From an uncultured beta proteobacterium (GTDB lineage: Bacteria; Pseudomonadota; Gammaproteobacteria; Burkholderiales; Burkholderiaceae_F), in assembly GCA_963754065.1 (NCBI GenBank), contig CAVWFH010000008.1, positions 152,670 to 216,669 of the forward strand: DNA of 64,000 bases. Reading direction: 5' to 3'. Shown here piece by piece: positions 41,384-52,834 of this stretch (the stretch's first letter is position 1; each line of letters opens with the position of its first letter). The position numbers and the translations under genes were made by a program. The notes under the pieces were generated by a model that saw nothing but the letters and a program-made list of their open reading frames with translations, was not told the origin of the DNA and did not search any database.

Positions 41384-43132
41384 GTGGCAAGCGCCATTGT
41401 CCGTGGCACTGGACAGCTACTAGCGCAAGCAACGCCCTTGACCCAGCTTTTCATCAGCTACGCCCGCGAGAATCGCGACACGGCAGAGCGAGTCGCGCAC
41501 GCGCTCGGTGAAACGGGTATCGACGTCTGGTGGGACCGCGATATTCCGGGCGGCTCGGAGTTCGCCGAAGTCATCGAGCAACGCCTGACCGAGGCAAGGG
41601 TGGTGATCGTGCTGTGGTCGGAGTCGTCGACCCGGTCGGGTTTCGTGCGCGACGAGTCGATGCGCGCGCTCGAAGCCGGCAAGCTGCTGCCGGTGCGCAT
41701 CGAAGTGGTGGTGCCGCCGCTCGGGTTCGGCCAGATTCATGCGCTGGATCTGCTCGACTGGGACGGCGCGACCGACGATCCCGCCTTCGTCGAGGTGGTC
41801 AATGAAGTACGCCAGCGGCTCGGCCAGGCTCCGGTTGCGCGGCCGCAACCGCCTCGACCGCGTCCGCGCTGGCAGCGCCGGGCCATCTTCGCGGCAGTGG
41901 GTGTGCTGCTGGCCGCTGCAGCCGCGGCCGGAGGTTGGCACTTCTATCAACAGGGCGAGTCGCGCCGCAACCTGCGGCTCGGCCTCGAGGAACACTTCGG
42001 TCGCGAACCCAACCTGCAGGCGGCGCGCAACTACTACCTCGACGCGCTCGACCACGACTCAGGCAATGCGCGGGCGCGTTATTACCTCGGTCACGTGTAT
42101 GCGCAGTTGGGAGAGCTTGAACTGGCACGAACGTCGTTCGAGCGAGCGGCGCGCGATGGCGAGGGGCTCGACCAAGCCCAGCTGGCGGACGCCTCGTCGC
42201 GTGTCGCGGCCCTGTCGCCGTCGCTCGAACCCGTGGCACTGGTTCGCGCGGGCGCGACATCGTCGGCCAAGGATGTCCCTGCGCCCCCGGCAATGCCGAC
42301 TCCGGCCCCGCCGCCGCTTGCTGCGGACAAGTCGGTTCAGCCGGGAACGAAGTCGACGGGCTCGACGACCCTGAGCACGACGGTACCGAGTTTCGCCGGG
42401 ACGAGCGCAGTGGCATCGGTCACCCGCCTGCCACGCATCGCGCCGACTCCGGACGTGCGCCGTCAGGCGACAACGCTCGTCGAACAGATGTTCAGCGACG
42501 ACAGCCAGACGCGCATCACGTCGACCACTTCGCTTGTGACCGACCCGAATCTGCTCTCGGACGCGGTGCCCATCGCGGTCGAGCAGGCGCTGGACCGGTT
42601 GGTTGCCGCGCGCGGCAAGCCGAGCGCCTCGGTGCAGTCGGGTGTGGTGAACACGCTGGTGCTGCTGCAATCCGCACTGCCCGGCACGTTGCTGGTGAAC
42701 CGGGCGGAAATCGAGCGGCTGCTCAAGCGCGCTGAGCCGATCGGCAAGTACACCGCCGCGCAGGCCGAAAAGGTGCAGGCTCTGCTGAAGAGCGCGGCCG
42801 ACCGGCGGCCCCTGGCCTTCATCCAGATTGCCAACGAGGCGCAGCGCCCGATGGCCGAGGCGCTGGCGGTGCGGCTGCGTGCCGCCGGGTATGACGCGCC
42901 GGGCATTGAACTGGTGGGCGAGCGCGCACCGGCAAGCAGCCAGGTGCGCGTGCAGGGCAAGAGCGAGCGCGGTTTTGCCCGCTGGATCGCCAAGGTGGTC
43001 GGCGACGCCGATGGCGAAGCGGTCGCGGTGCAAACGCTGCGCAACGTCAATCCCAAGACCGATACCTTCGAGATCTGGTTCGATCGCGATCTGTGCACGC
43101 CGGGACGCAGCGCGCCACAGTGCGCCCGCTAG
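41384..43132 (+). CDS. TIR-domain protein with one TM helix, TPR-like repeats and a LytR_C-like C-terminal domain, 582 aa
   Basis: TIR_2 pattern LFISYARENRDTAERVAHALGETGIDVWWDRDIPGGSEF...VVIVLWSESSTRSGFVRDES. TM helix AIFAAVGVLLAAAAAAGGW. TPR-like ARNYYLDALDHDSGNARARYYLGHVYAQLGELELA. The C-terminal block FIQIANEAQRPMAEALAVRLRAAGYDAPGIELV resembles LytR_C. GTG start. Confidence 0.75.
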   Translation: MASAIVRGTGQLLAQATPLTQLFISYARENRDTAERVAHALGETGIDVWWDRDIPGGSEFAEVIEQRLTEARVVIVLWSESSTRSGFVRDESMRALEAGKLLPVRIEVVVPPLGFGQIHALDLLDWDGATDDPAFVEVVNEVRQRLGQAPVARPQPPRPRPRWQRRAIFAAVGVLLAAAAAAGGWHFYQQGESRRNLRLGLEEHFGREPNLQAARNYYLDALDHDSGNARARYYLGHVYAQLGELELARTSFERAARDGEGLDQAQLADASSRVAALSPSLEPVALVRAGATSSAKDVPAPPAMPTPAPPPLAADKSVQPGTKSTGSTTLSTTVPSFAGTSAVASVTRLPRIAPTPDVRRQATTLVEQMFSDDSQTRITSTTSLVTDPNLLSDAVPIAVEQALDRLVAARGKPSASVQSGVVNTLVLLQSALPGTLLVNRAEIERLLKRAEPIGKYTAAQAEKVQALLKSAADRRPLAFIQIANEAQRPMAEALAVRLRAAGYDAPGIELVGERAPASSQVRVQGKSERGFARWIAKVVGDADGEAVAVQTLRNVNPKTDTFEIWFDRDLCTPGRSAPQCAR

Positions 43133-43138
43133 CCCGTT

Positions 43139-43957
43139 TCAGCCTGCCCCCGGATACTGGTCGAGTCCGCGTTCGGCCCATGTGGCGCGATCGCGGATGC
43201 GTTGCTGCAGGCGGTTCCAGTTTTCGCCCTCGGCACGTCGGTCGTTCTCGCGGTGCCACAGATGCAGCACGCCGGTCGCATACGCCCCTTCCTTGCGGCG
43301 CACGCCGGCATTGATCAGCCGGACTGCAAGGTCCGAATCCTCGTAACCCCAGCCCTCGAAAGTCTCGTCGAATCCGTTGACGCGCTTGAGGTCGCGGCGC
43401 CAGACGCCGAGATTGCAGGTGCGCACGCGCTGCCACCGCGACGCGGCCAGCTTGCGCAGCGGTCCGAGCGCAAGTCGGCGCAGCGGCAGCATCCGATTGA
43501 TGTCGCCGCGTCGATGGGCGGCGCGCCACTGCTCATCGGTCCACTCGTGCAATGGCGTGTGTGCTGCCAGTGCCTCCCGCGTGAATGGCTCCGACAGCAG
43601 CACTCGATTGCCGGCGACCATCCAGCCGCGCCCGATCAGCGAACGGTGGCGCTCGATGAACTCCGGACGCGGCACGCAGTCGCCGTCGAGGAACACGACG
43701 TAGTCGCCGTAGGCCACGGCCGTCGCGCGATTGCGCGCGGCACCTGCGCGGAACCCTCGGTCTTCCTGCCACACATGGCGCACCGGCATCGGCGCACCGC
43801 GGGCAAAGGACTCGACCAGTTCGCGGGTGTCATCGCGCGAGCCGTCATCGGCGACAAGTACTTCGAACGCGCGGTCTGTCTGCGCGCCCAGGCCGTCGAG
43901 GACGGCTCGGAGTGCATCGGGCCGGTTGTAGGTGGTTACGACCACCGAAATGGACAT
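43139..43957 (-). CDS. Glycosyltransferase family 2
   Basis: SISVVVTTYNRPDALRAVLDGLGAQT...EVLVADDGSRDDT and a DGD motif (FLDGDC). Confidence 0.85.
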   Translation of the reverse strand: MSISVVVTTYNRPDALRAVLDGLGAQTDRAFEVLVADDGSRDDTRELVESFARGAPMPVRHVWQEDRGFRAGAARNRATAVAYGDYVVFLDGDCVPRPEFIERHRSLIGRGWMVAGNRVLLSEPFTREALAAHTPLHEWTDEQWRAAHRRGDINRMLPLRRLALGPLRKLAASRWQRVRTCNLGVWRRDLKRVNGFDETFEGWGYEDSDLAVRLINAGVRRKEGAYATGVLHLWHRENDRRAEGENWNRLQQRIRDRATWAERGLDQYPGAG

Positions 43958-43976
43958 CAGGATTTCCGGGCGGGCG

Positions 43977-44765
43977 TCAGTTCTTCAGGCTGGGTGGCAG
44001 TGGTGGCTCGTGCGTCAGGTTCTGCATGCGTTCGGTGTACTTGGCGTATCGATAGAACGTGCCCTCGAAGTTCGAGAACGCAATGACGAAACCGGCCCAC
44101 CCATCGAGGAAGCCGAGCCGAACGACGTAGTGACGGAAGAACGCACCGAGTCCGTGGGCGAGCGCCTTGCCCATCGACGGCCGCGTTCTGCGCTGGGTCA
44201 GTCGTTCGACGCCGAGTGTCGAATAGCGCTGCATCTTGTGCACGATCTGCGCGAGATCCTTGAACGGCACCTGCGCAATCGGTTCGCTCAGGGTTCCCAG
44301 TGTGCCGTCGAGGACGTAAGACTCGTGCACCGCATCGGCCGTGTAGTGCAGTTTGCCGCGCCGGAACAGCTGCGGCTGCCGATAGTCAGGAAACCAGCCG
44401 GAATGGCGAATCCAGCGTCCGAGCAGGAAGTTTCGCCGCGGGACGCGGTAGGCATCGGCGGCGTCGGGTTGCGCGACGATGCGTCGGATCTCCGCGGCGG
44501 CGGCCTCGGTGCAGCGTTCGTCGGCGTCTAGCGAGAAGATCCAGTCTCCGTCCAGTTGCGCGAGGACGTCGTTGCGCAGCTTGCCGAAGCCCTCGAAGGG
44601 CAGCTGCAGCACGCGATCGGTGTACTTGCGCGCGATCTCGGGCGTGCCATCGGTCGAGAAGGAGTCGGCCACGACGATTTCGTCGGCCCAGGCAACGCTC
44701 TTGAGCGCGGCCTCGATCTTGTCGGCTTCGTTGTACGCAATGATGTAGACGGAAATGCGCGCCAT
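43977..44765 (-). CDS. Glycosyltransferase family 2
   Basis: ISVYIIAYNEADKIEAALKSV.WADEIVVADSFSTDGT and SLDADE. ATG at 44765 chosen; the track ORF carries a 63-codon upstream extension. Confidence 0.85.
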   Translation of the reverse strand: MARISVYIIAYNEADKIEAALKSVAWADEIVVADSFSTDGTPEIARKYTDRVLQLPFEGFGKLRNDVLAQLDGDWIFSLDADERCTEAAAAEIRRIVAQPDAADAYRVPRRNFLLGRWIRHSGWFPDYRQPQLFRRGKLHYTADAVHESYVLDGTLGTLSEPIAQVPFKDLAQIVHKMQRYSTLGVERLTQRRTRPSMGKALAHGLGAFFRHYVVRLGFLDGWAGFVIAFSNFEGTFYRYAKYTERMQNLTHEPPLPPSLKN

Positions 44766-44917
44766 TGCCGCTCCAGGTTCCCGCTCGAAGTCGCCGCTCC
44801 AAGTGCCAGATGCAAGCTTAACGGCAGCACTGCCGCCGAGAGTACAAGCGTGTTCGCATACACTACGCATTGCGTGCGCACGGGCTCGGTCTGCGGGCGA
44901 GCGCACGGCTCCGCGAC

Positions 44918-46696
44918 ATGAGTTCAGCCCACCCCCGCCTGCTCGATGATCCAAACCTGCGCCGCCTGCTGCGCATGGTGCTGTCGCATCGTCGCCTGCT
45001 GGTGTATGGGCTCATCGCCACCGCCATCAGTGCCGCCACCGAACCGCTGATCGCACGCCTGGCCGGCGTCCTGACCGACCAGGCAATGTTCCAGAAGGAC
45101 TTTGCCTCGGTAATCTGGATGCCGATCGCGTTCGTCGGTCTGTTCATCGTCCGCGGCTTGGCGATCTTCGGAGGTTCGTACCTGCTGAATCGGGTCTCGC
45201 AGGCGGTGCTGGTCGACCTGCGCATGTCGATGTTCGACCGCATGCTGCACTGGCCGACAACGACGTTTGAAAACACGCCGTCGGGCATCGTGATCTCCAA
45301 GTTCGTCAACGAGGCAAGCAACGCGCTCAATCTTGCAGCCGAGGTGATGAGCTCGGCCGTGCGCGACTCGCTGATCGTGATCGGCCTGCTCGTCATGCTT
45401 TTCTACTACAACTGGCAACTGACGCTGTTGACCATGGTTGTCGCGCCGCCGATCGGCATCGCGCTGCGCGCGTTCAGTCGCCGGCTGCGCCGCCTCAACC
45501 TGGAAAATCAGGCGATGCTGGGGGAAATGACGCGCGCAATCCAGGAGGCGCACGAAGGCCAGCGCGTGATCAAGGTGTACGAAGGCGCGGCCTACGAAAG
45601 CGGCCGCTTCCGGCAGATCAATGACAAGCTGCGCGGGTTCGCGATGCGCATGCAGGTCGCCTGGTCGGCGGCGACGCCCATCGCGCAGGTGCTTGGCGCC
45701 ATCGGCGTGGCGATCGTGATGACGGTGGCGCTGTGGCAGGCAAAGAACACGCGCATGTCGCCGGGCGATTTCGCCACGTTTCTCGCGGCGGCGCTGCTGC
45801 TGTTGCCGGCACTTCGGCACCTGTCGTCGCTCAACGGCCCGCTCGCACGGATGGCCGCGGCGTCCGAAAGCGTCTTCCGGATGATCGACACGGCCCCCGA
45901 ATCGGACGCCGGAACACGTGACATCGGCCGGTCGCGCGGTGAAGTGGAGTTCCGTCGCGTGTCGTTCCGGTACGGAGGTGCCGATGCCGATGCACTGACC
46001 GACTTCAGTCTGCTGGTCCGGCCGGGCGAGATGGTTGCCTTCGTCGGACCGTCCGGCGCGGGCAAGACCACGGCGGTCCATCTGGTGCCGCGCTTCGTCC
46101 GGCCGACGGCGGGCGAGATCCTTCTTGATGGAGTCCCGCTGGAGGAACTGACGCTCGACAGCCTGCGCCGCCAGATCGCACTGGTGTCGCAGGACGTGGT
46201 GCTCTTCGACGACACCATTGCCGCCAACATCGCCTACGGCGCGCAGCGCGACGCGACGGTCGAGCGCATACGGGAGGCGGCCGACGCGGCCTACCTGCTG
46301 TCGTTCATCGATTCGCTGCCGGCGGGATTCGAAACGCGCATCGGCGAAAATGCGGTCAAGCTCTCGGGCGGGCAGCGTCAGCGCCTGTCGATCGCGCGCG
46401 CGCTGCTGAAGGATGCGCCGATCCTGCTGCTCGACGAAGCCACGTCCGCGCTCGACTCGGAGTCGGAACGCTACATCCAGTCGTCGTTACAGCGCTTGAT
46501 GAAAGGGCGGACCACCTTTGTCGTCGCGCACCGGCTGTCGACGATCGAGCGTGCCGATCGCATCGTCGTGCTCGAACGCGGACGTGTGGTCGAAATCGGC
46601 TCGCACCGAGAACTGATCGGTCAGGGCGGTCTGTACTCGCGACTGCACGGGATCCAGTTCGCCTCGACCGACACTCCGCTGGAGGAAGCGCAATGA
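44918..46696 (+). CDS. msbA: Lipid A export ABC transporter, fused permease/ATPase
   Basis: Six-TM exporter domain followed by Walker A GPSGAGKTT, signature LSGGQRQR and Walker B ILLLDEATSALD. Located in an LPS-core gene cluster. ATG at 44918 chosen. Confidence 0.85.
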   Translation: MSSAHPRLLDDPNLRRLLRMVLSHRRLLVYGLIATAISAATEPLIARLAGVLTDQAMFQKDFASVIWMPIAFVGLFIVRGLAIFGGSYLLNRVSQAVLVDLRMSMFDRMLHWPTTTFENTPSGIVISKFVNEASNALNLAAEVMSSAVRDSLIVIGLLVMLFYYNWQLTLLTMVVAPPIGIALRAFSRRLRRLNLENQAMLGEMTRAIQEAHEGQRVIKVYEGAAYESGRFRQINDKLRGFAMRMQVAWSAATPIAQVLGAIGVAIVMTVALWQAKNTRMSPGDFATFLAAALLLLPALRHLSSLNGPLARMAAASESVFRMIDTAPESDAGTRDIGRSRGEVEFRRVSFRYGGADADALTDFSLLVRPGEMVAFVGPSGAGKTTAVHLVPRFVRPTAGEILLDGVPLEELTLDSLRRQIALVSQDVVLFDDTIAANIAYGAQRDATVERIREAADAAYLLSFIDSLPAGFETRIGENAVKLSGGQRQRLSIARALLKDAPILLLDEATSALDSESERYIQSSLQRLMKGRTTFVVAHRLSTIERADRIVVLERGRVVEIGSHRELIGQGGLYSRLHGIQFASTDTPLEEAQ

Positions 46697-47280
46697 CCCC
46701 ACCCACCCGACCGATCAGTCGCTGGCCCGTGCCTGAACTGGCCGCGTTGCCTGAGGACATCCGCCTGCGCATCAAGGAAGTCCAGGACAAGGCCGGCTTC
46801 GTGCCGAACGTCTTCCTGACGCTGGCGCACCGTCCCGACGAGTTCCGCGCCTTTTTCGCCTATCACGACGCGCTGATGCTGAAGGAGTCTGGGCTCACCA
46901 AGGGCGAGCGCGAGATGATCGTCGTGGCCACCAGCGGCGCGAACGACTGTGTCTACTGCGTTGTTGCGCACGGCGCGATCCTGCGTGTCTATGAGAAGAG
47001 TCCGCTCATCGCGGACCAGGTGGCGACGAACTACCGCAAGGCGGACATCACGCCGCGCCAGCGTGCGATGCTCGCGTTCGCGCTCAAGGTCGCGACCGAA
47101 TCCGCCGCGATCGAGCCGTCGGACTTCGAACCGCTGCGCACGCACGGGTTCAGCGATGAGGACATCTGGGACATCGGCGCCATCGCGGCGTTCTTCGCGC
47201 TGTCGAACCGCATGGCGAACCTGATCAGCATGCGGCCCAACGACGAGTTCTATCTGCTCGGGCGCCTGCCGCGCAAGTGA
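46693..47280 (+). CDS. AhpD/carboxymuconolactone-decarboxylase-like peroxidase-related protein
   Basis: CxxC-type motif in the AhpD-like core (SGANDCVYCVVAHG). The start overlaps the msbA stop (ATGA). Confidence 0.75.
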   Translation: MTPPTRPISRWPVPELAALPEDIRLRIKEVQDKAGFVPNVFLTLAHRPDEFRAFFAYHDALMLKESGLTKGEREMIVVATSGANDCVYCVVAHGAILRVYEKSPLIADQVATNYRKADITPRQRAMLAFALKVATESAAIEPSDFEPLRTHGFSDEDIWDIGAIAAFFALSNRMANLISMRPNDEFYLLGRLPRK

Positions 47281-48038
47281 CTGCCAGTGCCGGTTGCGAG
47301 GTGGAGGATCGTGGTGCGCTGCGTGCGCTCGGACTTGATTCGATCCTGATCATCAACGTCAAGGACTTCGTCGAGCGCCGGCGGCACGTCGAGGCGCAGC
47401 TCGCGCGTTTCGGCCTTGCCGGCGAGTTCGTCCATGATTTCGACGCCGACGAGATCACGCCCGAACTCGACCGTCGCTGGTTTGCGGGCAGTGAGCTCAA
47501 CCGCGGACAGAAGTCGTGCGCGCTGAAGCACATTGCTGTACTCGAACGGGTCGTCGAGCGCGGCTGGCAGCGCTGCCTCGTACTGGAGGACGATGTCGTC
47601 CTGGCCGACGACTTCCTCGAAGGCGTGCGGGCCGCGCTGGCCGAAACGCGCGATCAGCCGCGACCGTACATCGTCTACCTTGGCGCGGGCGGTAACTTCT
47701 ATACGCCCGCCAGTCAGCGCGAGCCGGGGCGGCGGATCTATCCGGCGACCAAGGGCCGCTTCACTGATTCCTATCTGATCGGCGCGCAGGAAGCGGCACT
47801 GAGGTTGGCGCACATCAAGACGCAGCCGATGATCAAGCCGATCGATGTCGTGTTCGACACGGTCGACACGGCGGCGGGCATCCGCTTCCTTTGGCTCGAA
47901 GATCCGGTGGTCGAGCAGGGCAGCAAGCTCGGCATGTTCCGTACCTCGCTGGAGGCGGCGCCGCCGAACTGGCTGCAAGCGCTGCGCTACCGCCTCGAAC
48001 GCCTCCGGCGCAAGTATCTTTACCAGCTATGGCGATGA
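47277..48038 (+). CDS. Glycosyltransferase family 25 (LPS core beta-glycosyltransferase type)
   Basis: ILIINVKDFVERRRHVEAQLARFGL..FVHDFDADE, LKHIAVLERVVERGWQRCLVLEDDVVL and a late KPIDVVFD block are typical of GT25. The start codon is uncertain (GTG at 47277 overlapping the upstream stop). Confidence 0.7.
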   Translation: MTASAGCEVEDRGALRALGLDSILIINVKDFVERRRHVEAQLARFGLAGEFVHDFDADEITPELDRRWFAGSELNRGQKSCALKHIAVLERVVERGWQRCLVLEDDVVLADDFLEGVRAALAETRDQPRPYIVYLGAGGNFYTPASQREPGRRIYPATKGRFTDSYLIGAQEAALRLAHIKTQPMIKPIDVVFDTVDTAAGIRFLWLEDPVVEQGSKLGMFRTSLEAAPPNWLQALRYRLERLRRKYLYQLWR

Positions 48039-49301
48039 GCATCGGGTCCGACCGGACCTTGGAACCAGGCGTGCAATCCCGAGCATCGCGCTGGATCGAG
48101 GTATCGCGCTGGGCGGCCGTGGTCGGCGCCTGCACGGTGATGATCTCGCCGCCGCTCGGCAACGCGGCGATCGTCGTGATGCTGGTCTGCTTCTTCGCCA
48201 GCGGTCGAGGCGACGGAACGACTGCGGCAGGCCATCACGCAGCCGCTCGCGCTCGGTGCCGCGCTCGTTGTGGCGGTGGTCGCATTGGGCATGCTGTGGA
48301 GCGACGTACCTTGGGCCGAGCGCCTGCGTGCCTTCTGGACCTGGCGCAAGCTGTGGATCATCCCTGTGGTGCTCGCCCTGTTCGGGCCGGCCCTGTGGAA
48401 GCGACGCATCGTCGTCGCCTATGTCGCCGTCTGCACCGCGGCCGTGATGGCGTCGTTTGCGATAGTCGCCGTCACCGGCCGCCTGCCGACCGAGGTCACC
48501 GATCTGGCGGGTTCGCTGCTGCGCAATCACAGCGCGCAGTCGATGGCGTTTGCGACTGCCGCGTTCCTGGCGCTGATGCTGGCGCTTGAACAGGAACTCG
48601 CACCGAAGTGGCGCTGGGCCGCGGCGGGGGCGGCGGCACTGTTCGCGTTGAACATGGCGTTCGTTACGCCGGGGCGCAGCGGCTACCTCGCGCTCGCGGT
48701 GATGCTGGCGGTGCTGGTTGCGGGCCGGGTCCGCGGCTGGCGTCAGCTCGCGCTGGTCGCGACCCTCGGCATTCTTTTCGCCGGTGCGCTGGCGCTGTCG
48801 CCGCTGGCGCGCGATCGACTGGACTCAGCCGTCCGAGAATGGCGCACCGTGACCACCGCCGGCATCAAGACGCCGATGGGTATCCGCGCGAACCTCTACG
48901 AGAACACACTGGAACTGATCCAGGAGCGCCCGTGGTTCGGTGTCGGCAGCGGCGGCTTCGAGCAAGCGTATTCCGCTCATGTGAAGGACAAGTACACGGA
49001 CTGGCGCGTGCTGTCATCGGGCGATCCGCACAACCAGTACCTGTTCTTTCTCGCGGAGCAGGGCATGCTGGGGCTGCTCGCCTTCTTCGCGTTCATCGCG
49101 CTGGCACTGTCAGACCGTGGTGACGGCGGGCGCAACCGAATCATTGCCGTGGGCATGCTGCTGGCGTGGTGCGCCACATCCCTGCTGAGTTCGCATTTCC
49201 AGACCTTCGCCGAGGGACATCTGCTCGCGTTCTTCCTCGCAGCCATGCTGGCACGGCCTGTGCCGAAACTCGACGCACCGGCGCAGACCGGCGCGCGATG
49301 A
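48029..49301 (+). pseudogene. O-antigen ligase (WaaL)-like polytopic membrane protein; frameshifted as sequenced
   Basis: The N-terminal TM segment (MAMSIGS...WAAVVGACTVMISPPLGNAAIVVMLVCFFAS) is in the 47891 frame. The remainder (VEATERLRQAITQPLALGAALVVAVVALGMLWSD..., with the Wzy_C-like GRSGYLALAVMLAVL and a periplasmic loop DPHNQYLFFLAEQG) is in the 48270 frame. The switch is near 48197-48206. Span length is 3n+1. Confidence 0.7.
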
Positions 49302-49308
49302 TGTCGGC

Positions 49309-50246
49309 GTGACGACCGTACTTGTCCGGCTGCCGAATCACGTCGGCGACGCCTGCATGGCGTTGCCGGCAATCCACGCGCTGCGAGTGGCCGGATGGCC
49401 GTGTGCGCTGGTGGGCAAGGCATGGGGCGAGAGCCTTTACGCCGGACTGCGCCTGCCTTTCGTGGTCATCGAAGGTAGCGGGCCTTTGCCGATCGCACGC
49501 GCGTGCGCGAGTTGCGCCAAACGAACGGCGATGTGTGCGGACTCATCCTGCCCAATTCGTTCGGTTCTGCTCTGGGGTTTGCGCTGGCGCGCGTGCCCAG
49601 CGCGGGTCTCGCGGCCGACGGTCGTCGCATCCTGCTCCGATGGCCGATTCAGGACCCCGGTCCGCTGCACGAGGTCGAGCGATTCCACGCGGCCGCGGTG
49701 GGCGCGTTGAGGGCCTGGGGCAGTCGCGGCGAATTCCCAGTGCCAGCGGCCTTGGGACTGCCGGTCACTGCGGAGCAGGCGGCCCATGCGCAGAAGTCGC
49801 TGCACGAGCAAGGCGTGCAAGGTGCCTATGCGTTGCTGGCACCGATCGCCACCGGGCTGCACCACGGTCGGGTCAAGCACTGGGCACAATTCGCCGCACT
49901 ACTGCCCGAGTTGCAGAAGCGTGGACTGCAGGCGGTGGCTGCCCCTCCATCTCAGGAAGCCGACGCAGTGCGCGCGGCGGTGCCCGAGGCGACGCTGATG
50001 CGGCCGGTGCCGCTGGGCGTCTACGCTGCACTGGCCCAGCAGGCGGCAATTGTGATTGCCAACGATTCGGGCTCGAGCCACGTCGCCGCCGCGGTGGGCG
50101 CACGCCAGGTCACGATCTTCGGCGTCACCGACCGGAAGCGAACCGGTCCGTGGTCGAAGCGCGCCGTCTGCGTCGGAGACAACGGCGCGTGGCCCGACGT
50201 CGCACAGGTGCTCGATGCGATCGACCAGGCGCTGGCGCTGCCGTGA
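49309..50246 (+). pseudogene. Glycosyltransferase family 9 (LPS heptosyltransferase); frameshifted as sequenced
   Basis: VLVRLPNHVGDACMALPAIHAL (GT9 N-terminal motif) is in frame 1. RELRQTNGDVCGLILPNSFGSAL...HHGRVKHW...AIVIANDSGSSHVAAAVG is in frame 3. The switch is near 49478-49486. Confidence 0.75.
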
Positions 50247-50257
50247 CGGGTGCCGCC

Positions 50258-51352
50258 ATGAATTTCGATCATCCGCCGCGCCGCGTGCTCGTGGTCACGC
50301 TGCGTTTTCTCGGTGATGCACTGCTGTCGACACCGTTGGTGCGATCGCTCAAGCAGCGCTGGCCCGACAGCGCAATCGATGTACTGGTGTTTGCCGGGAC
50401 CGAAGGTGTGTTCGAGGGCAATCCCGATGTGGCGCAGGTGCTCGCCGTGGCGGAGTCGGCGAGTGCCGGCGCCACCTTCCGTCAGGCAGTGGCGCTGTGG
50501 CGCCGTTACGATCTCGCGGTCATCGCACAGACCGGGACACGGCCTTTCCTGTTCGGCTGGGCGGCGGGCCGGCATCGGATCGGACTCGTGTCACCGGACG
50601 TCGGCAAGTCCTGGTGGAAGCGCGCGTTGCTCGATCGCTATGCCGTGTTCGACGGCGGTGCAGCGCGCGTGCTGGAGAACCAGCGTATCGCCGCATTGCT
50701 GGGGCTGGACGCGGCGCCGATCGTCGTGCCGCCCTCGGCGGGCTGGGGGCCGCTCGAAGTGGGTCGCGCGCTCGGCTTCGATCCGACAGCGAACCGGTAC
50801 GCCGTCGTGCATCCATCGCCGCGCTGGCGCTACAAGCAGTGGACCCGAGCAGGCTGGCAGGCGACTGATCGGTGCGCTGCAAGCGCAGCACCTGCGCGTC
50901 GTCGTCACCGGCGGACCCGGTGCCGTCGAACGCGAGTATCTCGACACAGTGTTGCCGGGGTGCCGCCGGACGCGGTCGTTCGCGTTGATGGCCGATGGTC
51001 GCTGGCACAGACCGCCGACGTGCTTCGCTGTGCGGCGCTCTTCGTCGGGCCGGACACCGCCACGACACATCTTGCAGCGGCCTGCGGGACGCCGACCGTG
51101 GCGATCTATGGCCCGACCGATCCTGCGATCTGGGGCCCATGGCCCGCGCGCGATGGTTCACCCTACGTGCAGGTCGCCGCGCAGCAGCGCCGCGGCAATG
51201 TGCTCTTGCTGCAAAACCCGGACCTCGCCTGCGTGCCGTGCCAGCTCGAAGGCTGCGACCGGCATCGCGAGAGTCACTCGGAATGCCTTGATCGTCTTCC
51301 GGCCGAACGCGTCATCGACGCCTCGCGCCTGCTCATGCGCGCGCCGCGCTGA
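50258..51352 (+). pseudogene. Glycosyltransferase family 9 (LPS heptosyltransferase); two compensating frameshifts as sequenced
   Basis: GT9 motifs VLVVTLRFLGDALLSTPLVRSLK and LFVGPDTATTHLAAACGTPTVAIYGP are in frame 2. The conserved central block LIGALQAQHLRVVVTGGPGAVEREYLDTV is readable only in frame 3, between about 50863 and 50958. Confidence 0.75.
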
Positions 51353-51367
51353 GCCGCCACTTCGCCG

Positions 51368-52825
<1,458 letters not shown>

Positions 52826-52834
52826 TCGGGCGAA

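Noticed and set aside
49322-51352. 676-aa ORF spanning both heptosyltransferase genes.
   Set aside because: It is a chimera. Its first ~310 codons are an out-of-frame reading of the first GT9 gene. Only the part from 50258 onward corresponds to a real protein, and even that is scrambled between the two compensating frameshifts.
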